The notes beneath the pieces are model-generated. The model worked only from the letters and a program-made list of their open reading frames with translations, was not told the origin of the DNA and did not search any database. From positions 24,306,001 through 24,370,000 of the forward strand of contig NC_045697.1 in the NCBI RefSeq assembly GCF_009834535.1: a DNA stretch of 64,000 nt. Direction: 5' to 3'. The position numbers and the translations under genes are program-made. This document shows positions 52,600-64,000 of this stretch, in pieces. The stretch's first letter is position 1; every line of letters starts with the position of its first letter. Source of the stretch: Camelus ferus. Its lineage: Eukaryota.

Positions 52600-53200
52600 T
52601 GTCCTCAACACTTAAAACAATTAGAACCATACACAAGAAACACTAGAATTTCAATCTCTACCTTTCAATGTGTGCTTCATAATAAGATTTTTGTACTAGA
52701 TGATGGTTATTGGTGTCATTATGTTTCATATCTGGGGAATATTATTTGTGAAGAAAGAACAATTAGTAAAAGGCCTACAGTGTCATATAAATGTGATGGT
52801 ACTTATGTAATTCTCTAAAATGCAGGAGAAATTTATTAGGCCTTGCTTGCAATAAAAACTTAATTAAAAATTTAGATGATCAGGATAAGCTACTTGGATG
52901 GGGAAAGACTTTACAAGAATCCACCACACAATATTTAGATTGTTACCCAATGAAAACACAGTCAACAAAGGTATCGCAGCAATTTGTAACATTCATGTGT
53001 GACTAAGAAAAATTGTTCATCGTTAACTAAAAGTTTTTATTTAATCTTTCACCATTGGTATAAAATATTCCAAGGTTATTTTCCAAAGGCAAATATTGTA
53101 CCGATATTTTTAAAATCAGTCATTCTTCTATTACATCATAATTTTGATAGTTGCTTTGCTTTATACTTTACCAAGGACCTGCTGGGTATTTAGACACCTG
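52600..53200 (+). pseudogene. Possible env TM remnant of relic provirus
   Basis: It lies between integrase and the PPT. VLHNKIFVLD weakly resembles the ISD motif VLQNRxALD, and KCDGTYV..NAGEI weakly resembles CCxY...SG.I. Confidence 0.35.
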
Positions 53201-53281
53201 CAGTTTGCCCAGAGGATGGTAGGAATAGAAATGGACATAATTGTAAAATTGTTACTATTTTATAGTAACACAGGGAGGAGT

Positions 53282-53931
53282 TGGTAGAAGCGAATAAGAA
53301 TTAAAAAATAAGAGATTTAATTCTCCCTGTTGAAAGTAAGGAAAGAGACTCCTCCAACCAACATTTCTCTCTTCTTAGACCATTTGTTTGAGAAAAACTT
53401 AATTATAAGCTTTTTCTGTATGTCTTTGAAATGTATGTAAATTATTTTAAAGCTAATTAAGCTCCCTGCCAGCTTTAAGACTCAGGAATGTCTTTCTCAA
53501 GACTCGGGAACCATCTCTTTGATATGCTATCATCAGGGAAGACAGCATCTTTATCTCCAAGTGTCTGTGGGAAGGTAGGAACCTAAGGTCAGTGAGCGCC
53601 TCACAGCAAGTTGGGAAACTAGCTCTTGTCCTAAAGATAAAAGAAGTTTAGTTTCCACTCGATAGCACCAGTAAGCTTAACATAAATGGTGACCCCTTCA
53701 CCAAGTGAGTTTAAGATGAACTTGGTAGGACAAATGCTGTTGTCAAGTCCCCTTACCTGAGGACTAGTTATTGTTTATCTTGAGAAGATTTATGTAATGA
53801 TGAGCATCTGATTGGCTATATAAAAAGATACAGTGTCTATCTTTCCACAGTCTCTTTCCACATCAAATTCTATCTTTGTGGAGAAGTTTTTAAGATTGGA
53901 AGATTCTGTTTTTAATTATATTTCCTCAATA
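53282..53931 (+). mobile_element. 3' LTR of relic provirus (MER89-like), preceded by a polypurine tract
   Basis: PPT aggggaggag at 53272-53281 region lies directly upstream. Homologous to 45768-46276. Confidence 0.82.
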
Positions 53932-54984
53932 CAACCTAAATATCAAAGAATAGCAAAGTTAATAATTATGATGTTCACTCCATCACTGTAAATTGGAGTG
54001 TTAGATTTAACCTCCATCTTCCACTGACAAATAGATGGCACATCTAAAAAAGGCAGCACAGAATAAATGCCCTGTGATCTATGAATGTAAGCATGTTTTT
54101 ATTCATGAAAATAATCTCTCTTAAAACTAAAATGTAATTTTTCCTCTATTAAAGGATTTTAAATCACTGAAATGTACTACCAGTACGTTTCCTGTTTCCA
54201 ATAAATTAAGTTATGGAGGGAAATGGTTGATTGTAAACTTGGAACAAAGGTTTCATTTGAATGGAAAAAAATACATATATCCCTATGTAATGTTGTTATA
54301 CTTAAAAGCTTATAACCAAACATAACCTCTTATAGCAAATCCAATAGTAAAAACTGGAAAAAAAACACAACTAATAAGAAATAATATTGGAAAATGGACA
54401 ACACTGTTTACAAATACAATTGAAATGTAAAAGAAGAATTCTGTATATAATCTACTAAAATATACTTTATGTAGCAAGTTAGTCTTGTGATATGTTTTTA
54501 AATTAGATTTTATTCTTATTTATTTATCCAAAAAATTGCTAAGTCTCTCCTTATAAATCCCATTTATCTCATGTATTTTCATGGTATGTTCTGAAGAAAT
54601 ACTGAAAGGAAAATATATGCCAGAAACCATTTGGTAGATTATATATTTGACTTAGATATGTGTATGAATAATATTTTCAATGAATTTCAATGTATCATAA
54701 GTTCAGAGAAAAGTGTTTCAATTTTAAAAATAAATAGCTATACTGGTCTCAGCATAATTTAATATAAGCTTCGGCTACTTTTCCATTTTATTCTAATTCT
54801 TTCTTTGATGTTTCCGGATGACCTCTCGCAAGTAACTCAATTTTCTGTGCATTTTCCACTTTTGTCTACTAAGTATTTCTGCTTCTCTTATAGCAAACAA
54901 ATATCCTGCTGTTTTCTTCATTAATTCATTCATGAATTCATTTTTTTAGCTACTATGTATTAAATGCATATTGCATGCCACATG

Positions 54985-56005
54985 TCATCCTATATACATT
55001 CTCACCTCCACTTGGGTATCTAATTGGCATCTCAAACTCTCCAAAATTTATACCAAAACTACCCCTTCCCTAACATTAATTTTTAAAGTGAAAAGTGGTC
55101 CCCATTTTATGGAATGGTATTTCCAAACACCTAGTTTTTCAAACTATAAACCTGAGGTCCTATTTCCTCCACCTTTCTCTCATCACAGCCTAGGCATTAT
55201 CCAGTTCTGCCTATTTTAAATTCTAAATAATTTGAATCTCTTTGCTTTTCTGTACCTCCACGGATACCAGCACAGACCATTCTCCCTAGTCTCTACCTAT
55301 GGAGATGCATTCTTTCTTAGTTGTTTCCCTAAGTGCATTCTTCCCTCCTTCAATTTGCTTTTCATTCTGCAGCCAAAGTAGCATGTATACAATGGAAATA
55401 CTGACTCCCCCACCACATCCTGTTTTAAAATTTTAACAGCTTTCCATTGAGGTGGCATAAAAACGATCATTTTACATGAATTAAAAGAATATACATGATT
55501 TGATCCTTACTCATTTTCTTTTTTACATTGTCTCCAATACAACTCCTTTTCCACCCTACATTCTTCCTGATGTTTTTCTTTGTTCCTCAAATGATTCATG
55601 CTCCTTTCTACCATGTCCTGTCTTTTTCTCTTCTTGGAATAAACTTCCCCCCTTCTTCACCTACCCTATGTCACAAATCCTTCAAAGTTCAATTCTTTCA
55701 TGATCTCATTGAGAAGATTTATCTAAACCTCTAGACTTAAGTCAAGGCCTGTGGTATATGCTCTCATAGTAATTTGTAATTTTCTCAAATATCATTTATT
55801 GTCATTTTAATAAATAATCATGTACTTTATTCTTCAATTTCTGTCTCTTATTCTAGACTTCAAGCTCAAAAAAGTGGTTCCTTGCCTTATTCATAACTCC
55901 AAAACTCTAAATGCAGCCCTGTAAATGCAGTTATGTAAAAGTGGCAACTTTAGCACCTAGCACATATTATGTGGTCAATAAACATATGACAAATAAATAA
56001 TTGAA
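54985..56005 (+). mobile_element. L2 LINE fragment
   Basis: cacctccacttgggtatctaattggcatctcaaact...tagcacctagcacatattatgtggtcaataaacatatgacaaataaat. Confidence 0.7.
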
Positions 56006-57130
56006 TATATAATATAACATTTAATTTATTCTCATTTCATATTTTCAGCCATAAACCTGTATAGTTTAATGTATTATTTCTCAAATAAATGCATTGAAGG
56101 ATCTAGACAGGAGAAACAAAGAAAAGAATAATATTTTCTCAATTTTAAGCTGTTCATTTCTTATAATTTTAAAATTTGCTAGCATCTTTCTTTCTTTTCT
56201 TCCTTCCTCTCAGTGCATATGTTTATGGTGCACAGCCTCAGGAATACAAAAGAGACTATGATCACAAGAGTGAAAATGAAAGTCTTCACCTCTGAGCAAT
56301 TAAGTGAGTGACCAAATGCCTTCCAATTAGGTGGATGAAACTACACACAGTAATTGGTTTATTTTATTTTCTGAATTGAATATTTATTTTACTAAGTAAA
56401 CTATTTGATAGTTTTAACAAATCAATGAAGTCAAAATATTTAAACGTTGTCTTAATGTAGGCAGACTCTAATACAAATAAAGACTTTTCCCTCATACCTA
56501 GGAAAGTTGGGCCAAATATTGAAATAGGTTATTCACCCAACAGACACTTCAAGATTTTTTAAAAATCCAATTAATTATAAGCATGTGTAATGTGACCATG
56601 TGGTAATTTTAGAATGCCAAAATTACTATGTTGGGCAAAAGGTTTAAGACCAACTTTTGCCAAGGCAATTTTATTTTTCTGTAAGAAAAGATGCCCTCTG
56701 TCTGTCCTGAACTAGACAGCATTTTAAAGATGTCCTGGAATTGATCGGTGAAGAGTGCCACTTCGCTTCCCTGATCATCCTTGGTACACTGAGGTGGATT
56801 GGTGGTCAACTGGATCATGTGTCCCCTGCTGTCTCCTTCCTTCTATTCTTGTAGCCCCTGAATTTTCACATTTTGAAATAACTTGGTTGTTGTTCCTCCT
56901 TTGGTTCTATTGCTTTAAAGATTTTCTAAGAATGAGAATGAACAGAGAACTTACAAACATTAGGAAGATAAATAGCACATGCATGCTTGGGAAAGTGGAA
57001 TTGCTGCTCATCCTCTTAGGAAGGAGGGGCATGTTGGGGATGGCAGCCAAGGTCATGAAAATGGACAGTGACTAAAGGTTGTGCTTTATTAAGAGCTCTT
57101 CTCCTTCTTCCTTCCTGATAGTTCTGTTTC

Positions 57131-57134
57131 GTGT

Positions 57135-57165
<31 letters not shown>
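57131..57165. repeat. (TG)n microsatellite
   Basis: Direct TG run with one interruption. Confidence 0.95.
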
Positions 57166-57510
57166 CATTTATTTTTTATTGGCTGGTCCATCTTCATTCA
57201 CATCTTAAATATAACAGCTTTATTATTTACTTCCTCCTTTCCTTTCAAAGATTTTCTCAAGAAAATTTAGCCGGCTCTGTATTTTTAACTATCATCTTTT
57301 TATTTTATGCACATCTAACTAGTATCTCCAGATGTTATTTCTCTCTTGACCCCAAACACTAGATTTTTTAACTAATAAATCTAATAAATACCTCTTCTTG
57401 GATATTTCATAGACAGCTTGAACCCAGTCAGTGTTATGACATGACTAGATGATTTCTTGGCATTCCTTGAAGCAGAGATAAGGTTAGGGAGTTTTTCCCA
57501 CAATCTAGAT

Positions 57511-57725
57511 TAGGGTTTCTCTACTTTGAAACTGGTGACATTTTGGGGGCCAGACAATTCTTTGTTGTGGGGGCTTGCCTTGTGCATCATTTGATAGTTA
57601 CTATCATGTTTGGTCCCTATCCACTAGATTCCAGTAGTAGCCTGCTTTTTGATTGGACAAAAATGTGTCTAGACATTGCCAAATATCCCACTGGGGACAA
57701 AACCACTCTTAGCTGAGAACCACTG
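57511..57725 (-). mobile_element. MER20 (hAT-Charlie)
   Basis: gacattttgggggccagacaattctttgttgtgggg...agacattgccaaatatccc...tgagaaccactg, with TSD atctagat/atcaagat. Confidence 0.9.
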
Positions 57726-58414
57726 ATCAAGATGATAAAGATCTATATTAGGACCACAACAGTGAAAATGGAGGTATAATGAAAGCATTTTGGAGGAAAA
57801 GTCAATGAGATTAATGACTGAGTATATGAACTTAGAGAGAAGGAAGAATCTCAGGTTGTTTTCTAGATTGGTTTTTAAGGAATTCCTGTTTCAAAGTCTC
57901 ATATCTTTGTAGTATTTTTCTTTTCTAGGCCATTATACTATTCTCTTTACCAAGATTTCTCTTTTGATCTACTTATATATGCTTAATAAAGTTCTAGTAA
58001 TCTTTGAAGACTAACTCAAATATCAGTCACCACCATTGTGAGTATTTCTCCACTCTTAGCACTCTAACAGAATATTCTCTTTCTTCTTTGAATCATGAGT
58101 TATCACTAGTTATTTTGTGATGAACACATTTCCCATGTCTTTAACGGCAGAAACTTGCATCATTTTTATATCTCTTTACACTGCATGTGGTATAATAAGT
58201 GCTTTAAAATGTTGAATGGTTTACTTGATGAATAAGATATGAAACAGGAATATTTTTTCATAATGAACAACTATTATTATTATAAAAATTCAATATACCT
58301 TAATATTATTATTGATTTTGAAATAAGAGGCTAACTCTACAGTCTCTGTATATTTATTTTCAAACAATTGTTTGAATAGAGCAGGTAAAATATGAATATG
58401 AAGTATAAGTTCAG

Positions 58415-58574
58415 TAATATAAAGTATGGAAATATAGAACAATTAAACTATCTATCAAAACGAGAACTTCACCAAGTAACCCAATAATCATTTCTAATAT
58501 AAAGTATGGAAATATAGAACAATTAAACTATCTATCAAAACGAGAACTTCACCAAGTAACCCAATAATCATTTC
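58415..58574. repeat. Perfect 80-bp tandem duplication
   Basis: taatataaagtatgg...ccaataatcatttc starts at 58415 and 58495, with no mismatches seen. Confidence 0.97.
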
Positions 58575-59869
58575 ATATAAAGCAAAATAAATGGTCAAAA
58601 ATGATGTGATGGAGTTAAGTACTTCTCTAAGAAGCAGAAATCTTGCTTGACATTAGTCAATGCTATTTTCTTAATATTATCATAGGTTTGATTAGAGAAT
58701 ATGGGTTCGGACTAAAAAAGGTGAAGAGAGGCTAGGGAATAGATTCTATTTTTCATAGCTTAAAAAAAGGAGTCTAAAAATTTAATCTACAGGTATACTT
58801 TTAAATTTTCTAGAAAATATGTGAAGGGTCATACCAACACTTCAGAAAAATATTTATAAAATTAAGTTTTAAAATATAAGCTGTTCATTATTATACTCAG
58901 AATAAAGGATTAAAATGAACTTTAGGGGCCAAATGTTTCAAAGTAACTTTTACAAAGCTTTGCCTCCATGCCTTGAAACAAGTGAATTGTCTTTCTTCAC
59001 GTGCCCTCTTATTCAGCATCCCCACTGAGTTATTGTAAATTATTTCACTAATAAACTGCAGCTTGAATTTCTTTAATCTTTAAAAAAAATGCTTTTCTTT
59101 TTATAGTGTTATATGATGGTATTTTGAAGTTATGTAATGTCAGAGAGTATAATTTTTTAGTTTAAAAATAAATTTTGTATTTTTAAAATTTAAAATACAA
59201 AGAAAATGTTCTAGTTTTATTGTGTCACCTAACAAAATTATGGATTATCTTATCAATATATATCAATGAACTGTTATAATATTTTACATTGTTTAAATCT
59301 CAAAATACAAAAATAATTCCACAAACAGTGAAAATTGGAAGAATTAAATGTCTGTTTTATCTACAAGACCTCAAAAAATTAGCTCCTTTGGAATGTTTTG
59401 CTGAATTTGGAAAAACCAAATGTTGAAATGATCTTTTGTAGAGAAACAAAGCTCTCTATTCACTACACAGTCACATTATTTAAAATAATTAGGTAATAGA
59501 AAATGAAACACTGTATATTTGCATTAATGGTTAAAAAATAATTTCCTCTAGCCACTTAGGCAGAACCATATTCCCATTATGCTAATGTGGTTGTTGTTTT
59601 CCATACTCAATCTACCTCCATATAAAATTCATTAGCTCCACTTCGGTGTACAGATTTTTAAATCTGTCATATTGTTATTATCTCTGCCATGGCAAATGTA
59701 AAACCCTGGCCTTCTTATATTCACCCTCTTCTACTTATATTTCACTTTAACACATAATCAGAATATATATATACACACACACACACACGTTTATGTAGCT
59801 TGGCTCTGAAATACTAGGAGTCATCAGTTGATAGTTTCTTTGTAATTAAGACCACAGGGTTTGCTGGTT

Positions 59870-60065
59870 GACTTAAGTTTGAACTCCTCAAGTACTTGTT
59901 ACTCATATGGCCTTGGTAAGTTGCATCACCTATCAAAGCTTCAATTTTCTCAATTTTGAACATAGGACCTTTAATTCAGTGCTTTGGGGATAAATGAAAG
60001 AGATACTGCATTTAAAGTGCTCAGCTTGATGGCTGGCTCATAGTAAGCCTTAAATAAACATTAGT
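59870..60065 (+). mobile_element. MIR SINE
   Basis: ggccttggtaagttgcatcacc...ttcaattttctca...ggggataaatga...taaagtgctcagc...tggctcatagtaagcc. Confidence 0.7.
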
Positions 60066-60990
60066 CAAAATTATAATTAGATCACTGGAATAGCAGAGTC
60101 TGAGGTTATAAAATCTTCCAAAGCCTGCAATTTCAGACTTCCAGTTAAATTTGAAGTCATACAAAGTTAATGAAAAGATGTAGGCTTAAGAATCTGAACA
60201 TATGTTCGTCAGATAAACATACGAGGGAATAGGACGAGGCAACGGAAGTAGTAAAAATCTTTTGAAAAGGGTCTAACGTCCAATTTTACTACATAGGGAA
60301 AAGAGTTCTGAATGCTTCTGAAGTAGAGGTTATTAGAACACTTTTCAAAGGTCCCACGGTATGAAGGGCTGGTGAAAGGAAGAATTAACCTGTGTGAAAG
60401 AAAGTGAAGCAAAACAAACAAAACAGCTCAACTGATCACCTTCCAGCTGCCACTTTTCCAGTTTAGTGTGTTTCAGCTAGAATAGACTGGTGAACTCAGT
60501 TCTGAAATCAAGCTTTTCATTTGCAATTTTCTACTGCTGGAGGACACTCTCAGGATAATAAAACAGCCCTGCTATTGGAGACCCAACATATTTAAAAAAA
60601 AAAAAAAAAAAAAAAGAGCTGCTATCTCCTGATTGCTTCTTTACATTTTGTCTCTTCTCCATTTCATTTTAGTCAAGTTATAATTGCAATAGAGTCTATA
60701 CCATGTACATGTTAACCGGGGGTTGCATGAAATTCAAAGAATGAGGTTACAACTGAACTGAGTGCTCCTAAGGGGCAGTGAGAATCTAGCTAAATTAAAA
60801 AAAAAAAAAGTAAGGTGGAATAATATTTCAGGTAAAAAGAATGTTTTGTATAAAGGAGGATGCTTGTATAAATGCACAGCCTTAGTAGGGGCTGAGGCTA
60901 TGTATTTATGCATACATATAAGCTTCATATATATTATATATATGAGCAAGTTCTTAAAGGATATTATGTGTTCATTTAAGAAGTTTGAAA

Positions 60991-61737
60991 AGTCTTTAGG
61001 ATTTTCTACGTATAAGATCATGTCATTTGCCAACAAATAATTTTACTTTCTTTCCAATTTAAATGCATTTTACTTCTTTTTCTCACCTAATTTCTCTGGC
61101 CAGGGCTTCCAGTATTACGTTGAATAAAAGAGGTGTGCGTGTGCATCTTTGCCTCTTTCCCTATCTTAGAAGAAAAGTTTTCAGTTTTTCACAATTTGAG
61201 TGTGATGTTAGCGGTGGGCTTGTCATATATAACATTTAATATGTTGAAGTAAATTCTATACTATACCTAATTTGTTGAGGGTTTTAAACAGGAAAGTGTG
61301 TTGAATTTTGTCAAATGCTATTTTTGCATCTTTTGAGATAATTGTGTGATTTTTATCATTCATCCTGCTAATGTGGTGTATCACATAGATAAAGAGTTGT
61401 TCAAAAGATACAATCTTTCAGTTATGCAAGATGAATAGAGATCTGTTGTACAACATGGTGCCTATAGTTAACAATACTGCATTGAGCATTTAAGATGGAA
61501 TCTCATGCTAAGTGTTCTTACCACAAAAGAAAAGACTCAAAAACAAAAACAAAAAACAAACAAAAATACAAAGGGGAAGAAGGAGGAAACCTTTGGAGGT
61601 GATAGATATGCTTATTACATTGATTGTAGCGATGGTTTCATGGATGTATACATATGTCAAAACTCATCAAACTGTATACTCTAAATACGTGCAGTTTCTT
61701 GTATATCCGTTATACTTCAATAGAGCTGTTTAAAGAA
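60991..61737. mobile_element. 5'-inverted L1 (ORF2 RT fragment minus 60991-~61387, 3'UTR plus ~61388-61737)
   Basis: The minus strand encodes LLANDMILYVENPKD (FADDMIxY motif). The plus-strand 3'UTR follows, with TSD aagtttgaaa at 60981-60990 and 61738-61747. Confidence 0.82.
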
Positions 61738-63080
61738 AAGTTTGAAATTTATTCTAAAGACAGTTTCTGAAGGACTTAAAGTGGGGAGTTTTGTGGTAAG
61801 ATTTGCATTTTAGAAAGTACTCTTGGAAGAAAGCAGAAAATAGTTTAGAAAGAGTATAGACCGATATAAGGAGGAGAGAGAGAAATACTCAGATTTCAGG
61901 GGGTATTTTGTCTAGAAGAACAGTTTAGTCAAGAAGACCAAATTAAGGCAGCATTTTAGGAATGGAAAGGCTGGTACAGATTGCAACAAGATTTGGTGAC
62001 TTCGTGGATGTAATTGGTTGTAATAGAATGAATGCATGCCATTCAGAGAAGTCTAAGGTATTTCACAGGTAGTATGTGCTCAGGCCATGAGATGCTGACT
62101 CAAAGGATCTGGGACTCTTCTGGGATAATCAGGTTTTGTTTTTTGTTTTGTTTCATTTTGTTTTTGTACAATTCATAAGTTTCAGGATATCCTCCTTTGT
62201 AGCAAAAGTTATATATTTAAAATGACAAGTAGATCATGTTAAATTCATTCCTAGAGAAAGTACTCACATTATAAAAGGCAAAATTTTATGGTACTTGTTT
62301 AACTTCTTTTGTTAATCAGACTTCACTGGATAAGGTTTACAACAATTCTACAATATTGATCTTTTCTTTCCCCCAGGGATTCAAAAATGTTCACTGAATG
62401 TTGATTTTCCAGCATTCATAGCTAAAACTTGATTTCTACAAAAATCATGGAACTCAGTTGACAACTTATTTATTGATATTTGAGTAACTATAACAATATT
62501 AAAATTAGAAGAATGATATTATTATATAATAAATTCCATTTAAAATAACCTTTATTTGGCAACACTCACCACTCAATGTTAATATTATTAAAGATGCTAG
62601 TAAATTCATTTAAAGGTCTCAATATTGGGATATCATTCAATGTCCAAAATGCTATATTAGGCCCTTTAAGTAATATATTATTCATTTGATTAATTTGTGA
62701 GTTATTATTAGTGAGTTTTTAAAAATCTCATCTGGTAAGACTATACTGAAAGAATAAAATTGAAAATATTTTTCAAGCAGAGTCAGTTTGAAGGACTTAT
62801 GATTTATGAAGTCATACAGAGCATGGCACTCAGAAAGGCCATATATTTGAACTTTAAAATTCATGCCCTCCCCATTCACATTTTAAAATTTAAGATTGTT
62901 TGTGTCTTTCTGTGAGTTTGCTTTTTGAGATAAATTTTGCTTTGTAGGTCTTGCAATAGCATTAAAAATAAGTAGAGAGTTTTGAAAAATTGTGAAAAAT
63001 GCTTTTAGTGCAGATTTTCCTTGGTATTTATTTATTTTTAAATTTACCCTGTTAAATAAAATAATTTCTTTCTACTATAG

Positions 63081-63253
63081 CAAGGGTGGGCAAAACCATG
63101 GCCTGGGGCCAAATTTAACCACACTCATCCAGTAGCCTATTGTTTATGGCTATTTCTGAGCTACAACAGCAGATGTTAGTAGTTATAACAGAGACCATCT
63201 GGCCTAAAATACTTATAATCTGGCCCTTTACAGAAAAAGTTTGCCAGTTCCTG
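63081..63253 (+). mobile_element. MER58A-like hAT element
   Basis: caagggtgggcaaa...tggccctttacagaaaaagtttgccagttcctg, with 8-bp TSD tactatag at 63073-63080 and 63705-63712 (beyond the inserted LTR). Confidence 0.88.
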
Positions 63254-63700
63254 TGTTAGGTAGTTAGATAAGTAGGGGCACTGGGCAGATAAAGTGGAGG
63301 AGAAGGAGGATGGTCCAGAAGATGGCCGTATCCCTGCCTTCAACATAAAGGGGCTTTAGTTCTTCTAAATGAGTGCCAGCAAGAAACTGGTTAGAACCCA
63401 GCAGGTGCAACTGTGCAGCAGCGACAAGGACCTAACTAAACATGACCCAGTGCTCATTGTAATATAATTAGCACTGCAGTTTAGGCCCCTCCATGGGTTT
63501 TCCTATTTATATCAGGGGTAAGGACACGTCCAAAAGGGGACAAACATGACTAACCACTTCAGGGGCAAGAGCTGTCAATCAATCAAGAGACCACCTCTAA
63601 GTGAGGATAAAAGAGAAAGGACAAACAAAGACCCTGCTTTTCTGTTCTTGGATCAGCCTACCTTCACTAGGGTCTTTTCTCATCTCCTTTTAGGGTAACA
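63254..63700 (+). mobile_element. ERV1 solo LTR, same family as 36039-36576
   Basis: TGTTAGG...GGTAACA termini and TSD CCTG/CCTA. About 90 bp shorter than the other copy and lacks its AATAAA region. Confidence 0.9.
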
Positions 63701-63831
63701 CCTATACTATAGCATGAGAAATGTTACTTACTGTAGGTTGATGAATGTTCCAATGGGAGATTTATTAATTGTAGGACACTCAACTGGGGAAGTCAGTCTT
63801 GGAACTTGCAAGACTACTGATATTTCACGTT

Positions 63832-64000
63832 TTTATTGGGTTGAGTAGTGTCGCTTGAAAAATCATGTCCATCTAGAACCTGTGAATATGACTATGAAAG
63901 TTGATATCCCTCCAAAACTGGTATGCTGAGATCCTAACTCCCAATGTGCTGGTGTTACAAGGGAGGATCTTTGGCAGGTAATTATGTTGTAAGGGTGGAG
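63832..64000 (+). mobile_element. MLT1-type LTR 5' ends (MLT1B-like then MLT1A-like), running off the window
   Basis: gggttgagtagtgtc...aatcatgtccatctagaacctgtgaatatgac is followed by ccctccaaaactggtatgctgagatcctaactcccaatgtg...agggtggag. Confidence 0.7.

Noticed and set aside
36039..63700. Same-family LTRs at 36039 and 63254 as the ends of a 27-kb element
   Set aside because: Each has its own distinct TSD (CATG versus CCTG/CCTA), so they are independent solo LTRs.
1..64000. Inferring host-gene direction from LTR/L1 strand bias
   Set aside because: Elements occur on both strands, and the minus excess comes mostly from one cluster.

Overview
AT-rich mammalian nuclear DNA from an intergenic or large-intron region. 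I see no CpG island, intact protein-coding ORF, RNA gene or prokaryotic feature. The long ORFs in the track are broken LINE-1 or ERV remnants, or chance ORFs. The repeat content is ancient eutherian elements (L2, MIR, MER20, MER58, MER96B, MLT1, LTR16/MER54/MER34-like, a Tigger1 derivative) plus younger lineage L1s and ERV1 solo LTRs with 4-bp TSDs. I recognised no Alu, B1/B2, Bov-A/tA, PRE-1, CHR-2 or Can-SINE. The L1 3' ends resemble those I recall from camelids, so the best guess is a cetartiodactyl, probably a camelid (inference). The most structured region is 45.8-53.9 kb, a decayed gamma-like provirus (LTR, PBS, integrase and env relics, PPT, LTR). It carries six younger LTR insertions within about 3.8 kb. 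Two different LTRs share one TSD (CCAT-LTR-CCAT-LTR-CCAT), and two others form a head-to-head fusion. Also notable are an L1 with a twin-priming inversion reaching its 5' end, two near-perfect tandem duplications (128 and 80 bp) and a few unverified exon-like segments. I found no convincing novel biological system. Repeat family names come from recalled consensus similarity, not a database search, and boundaries of old elements are approximate.
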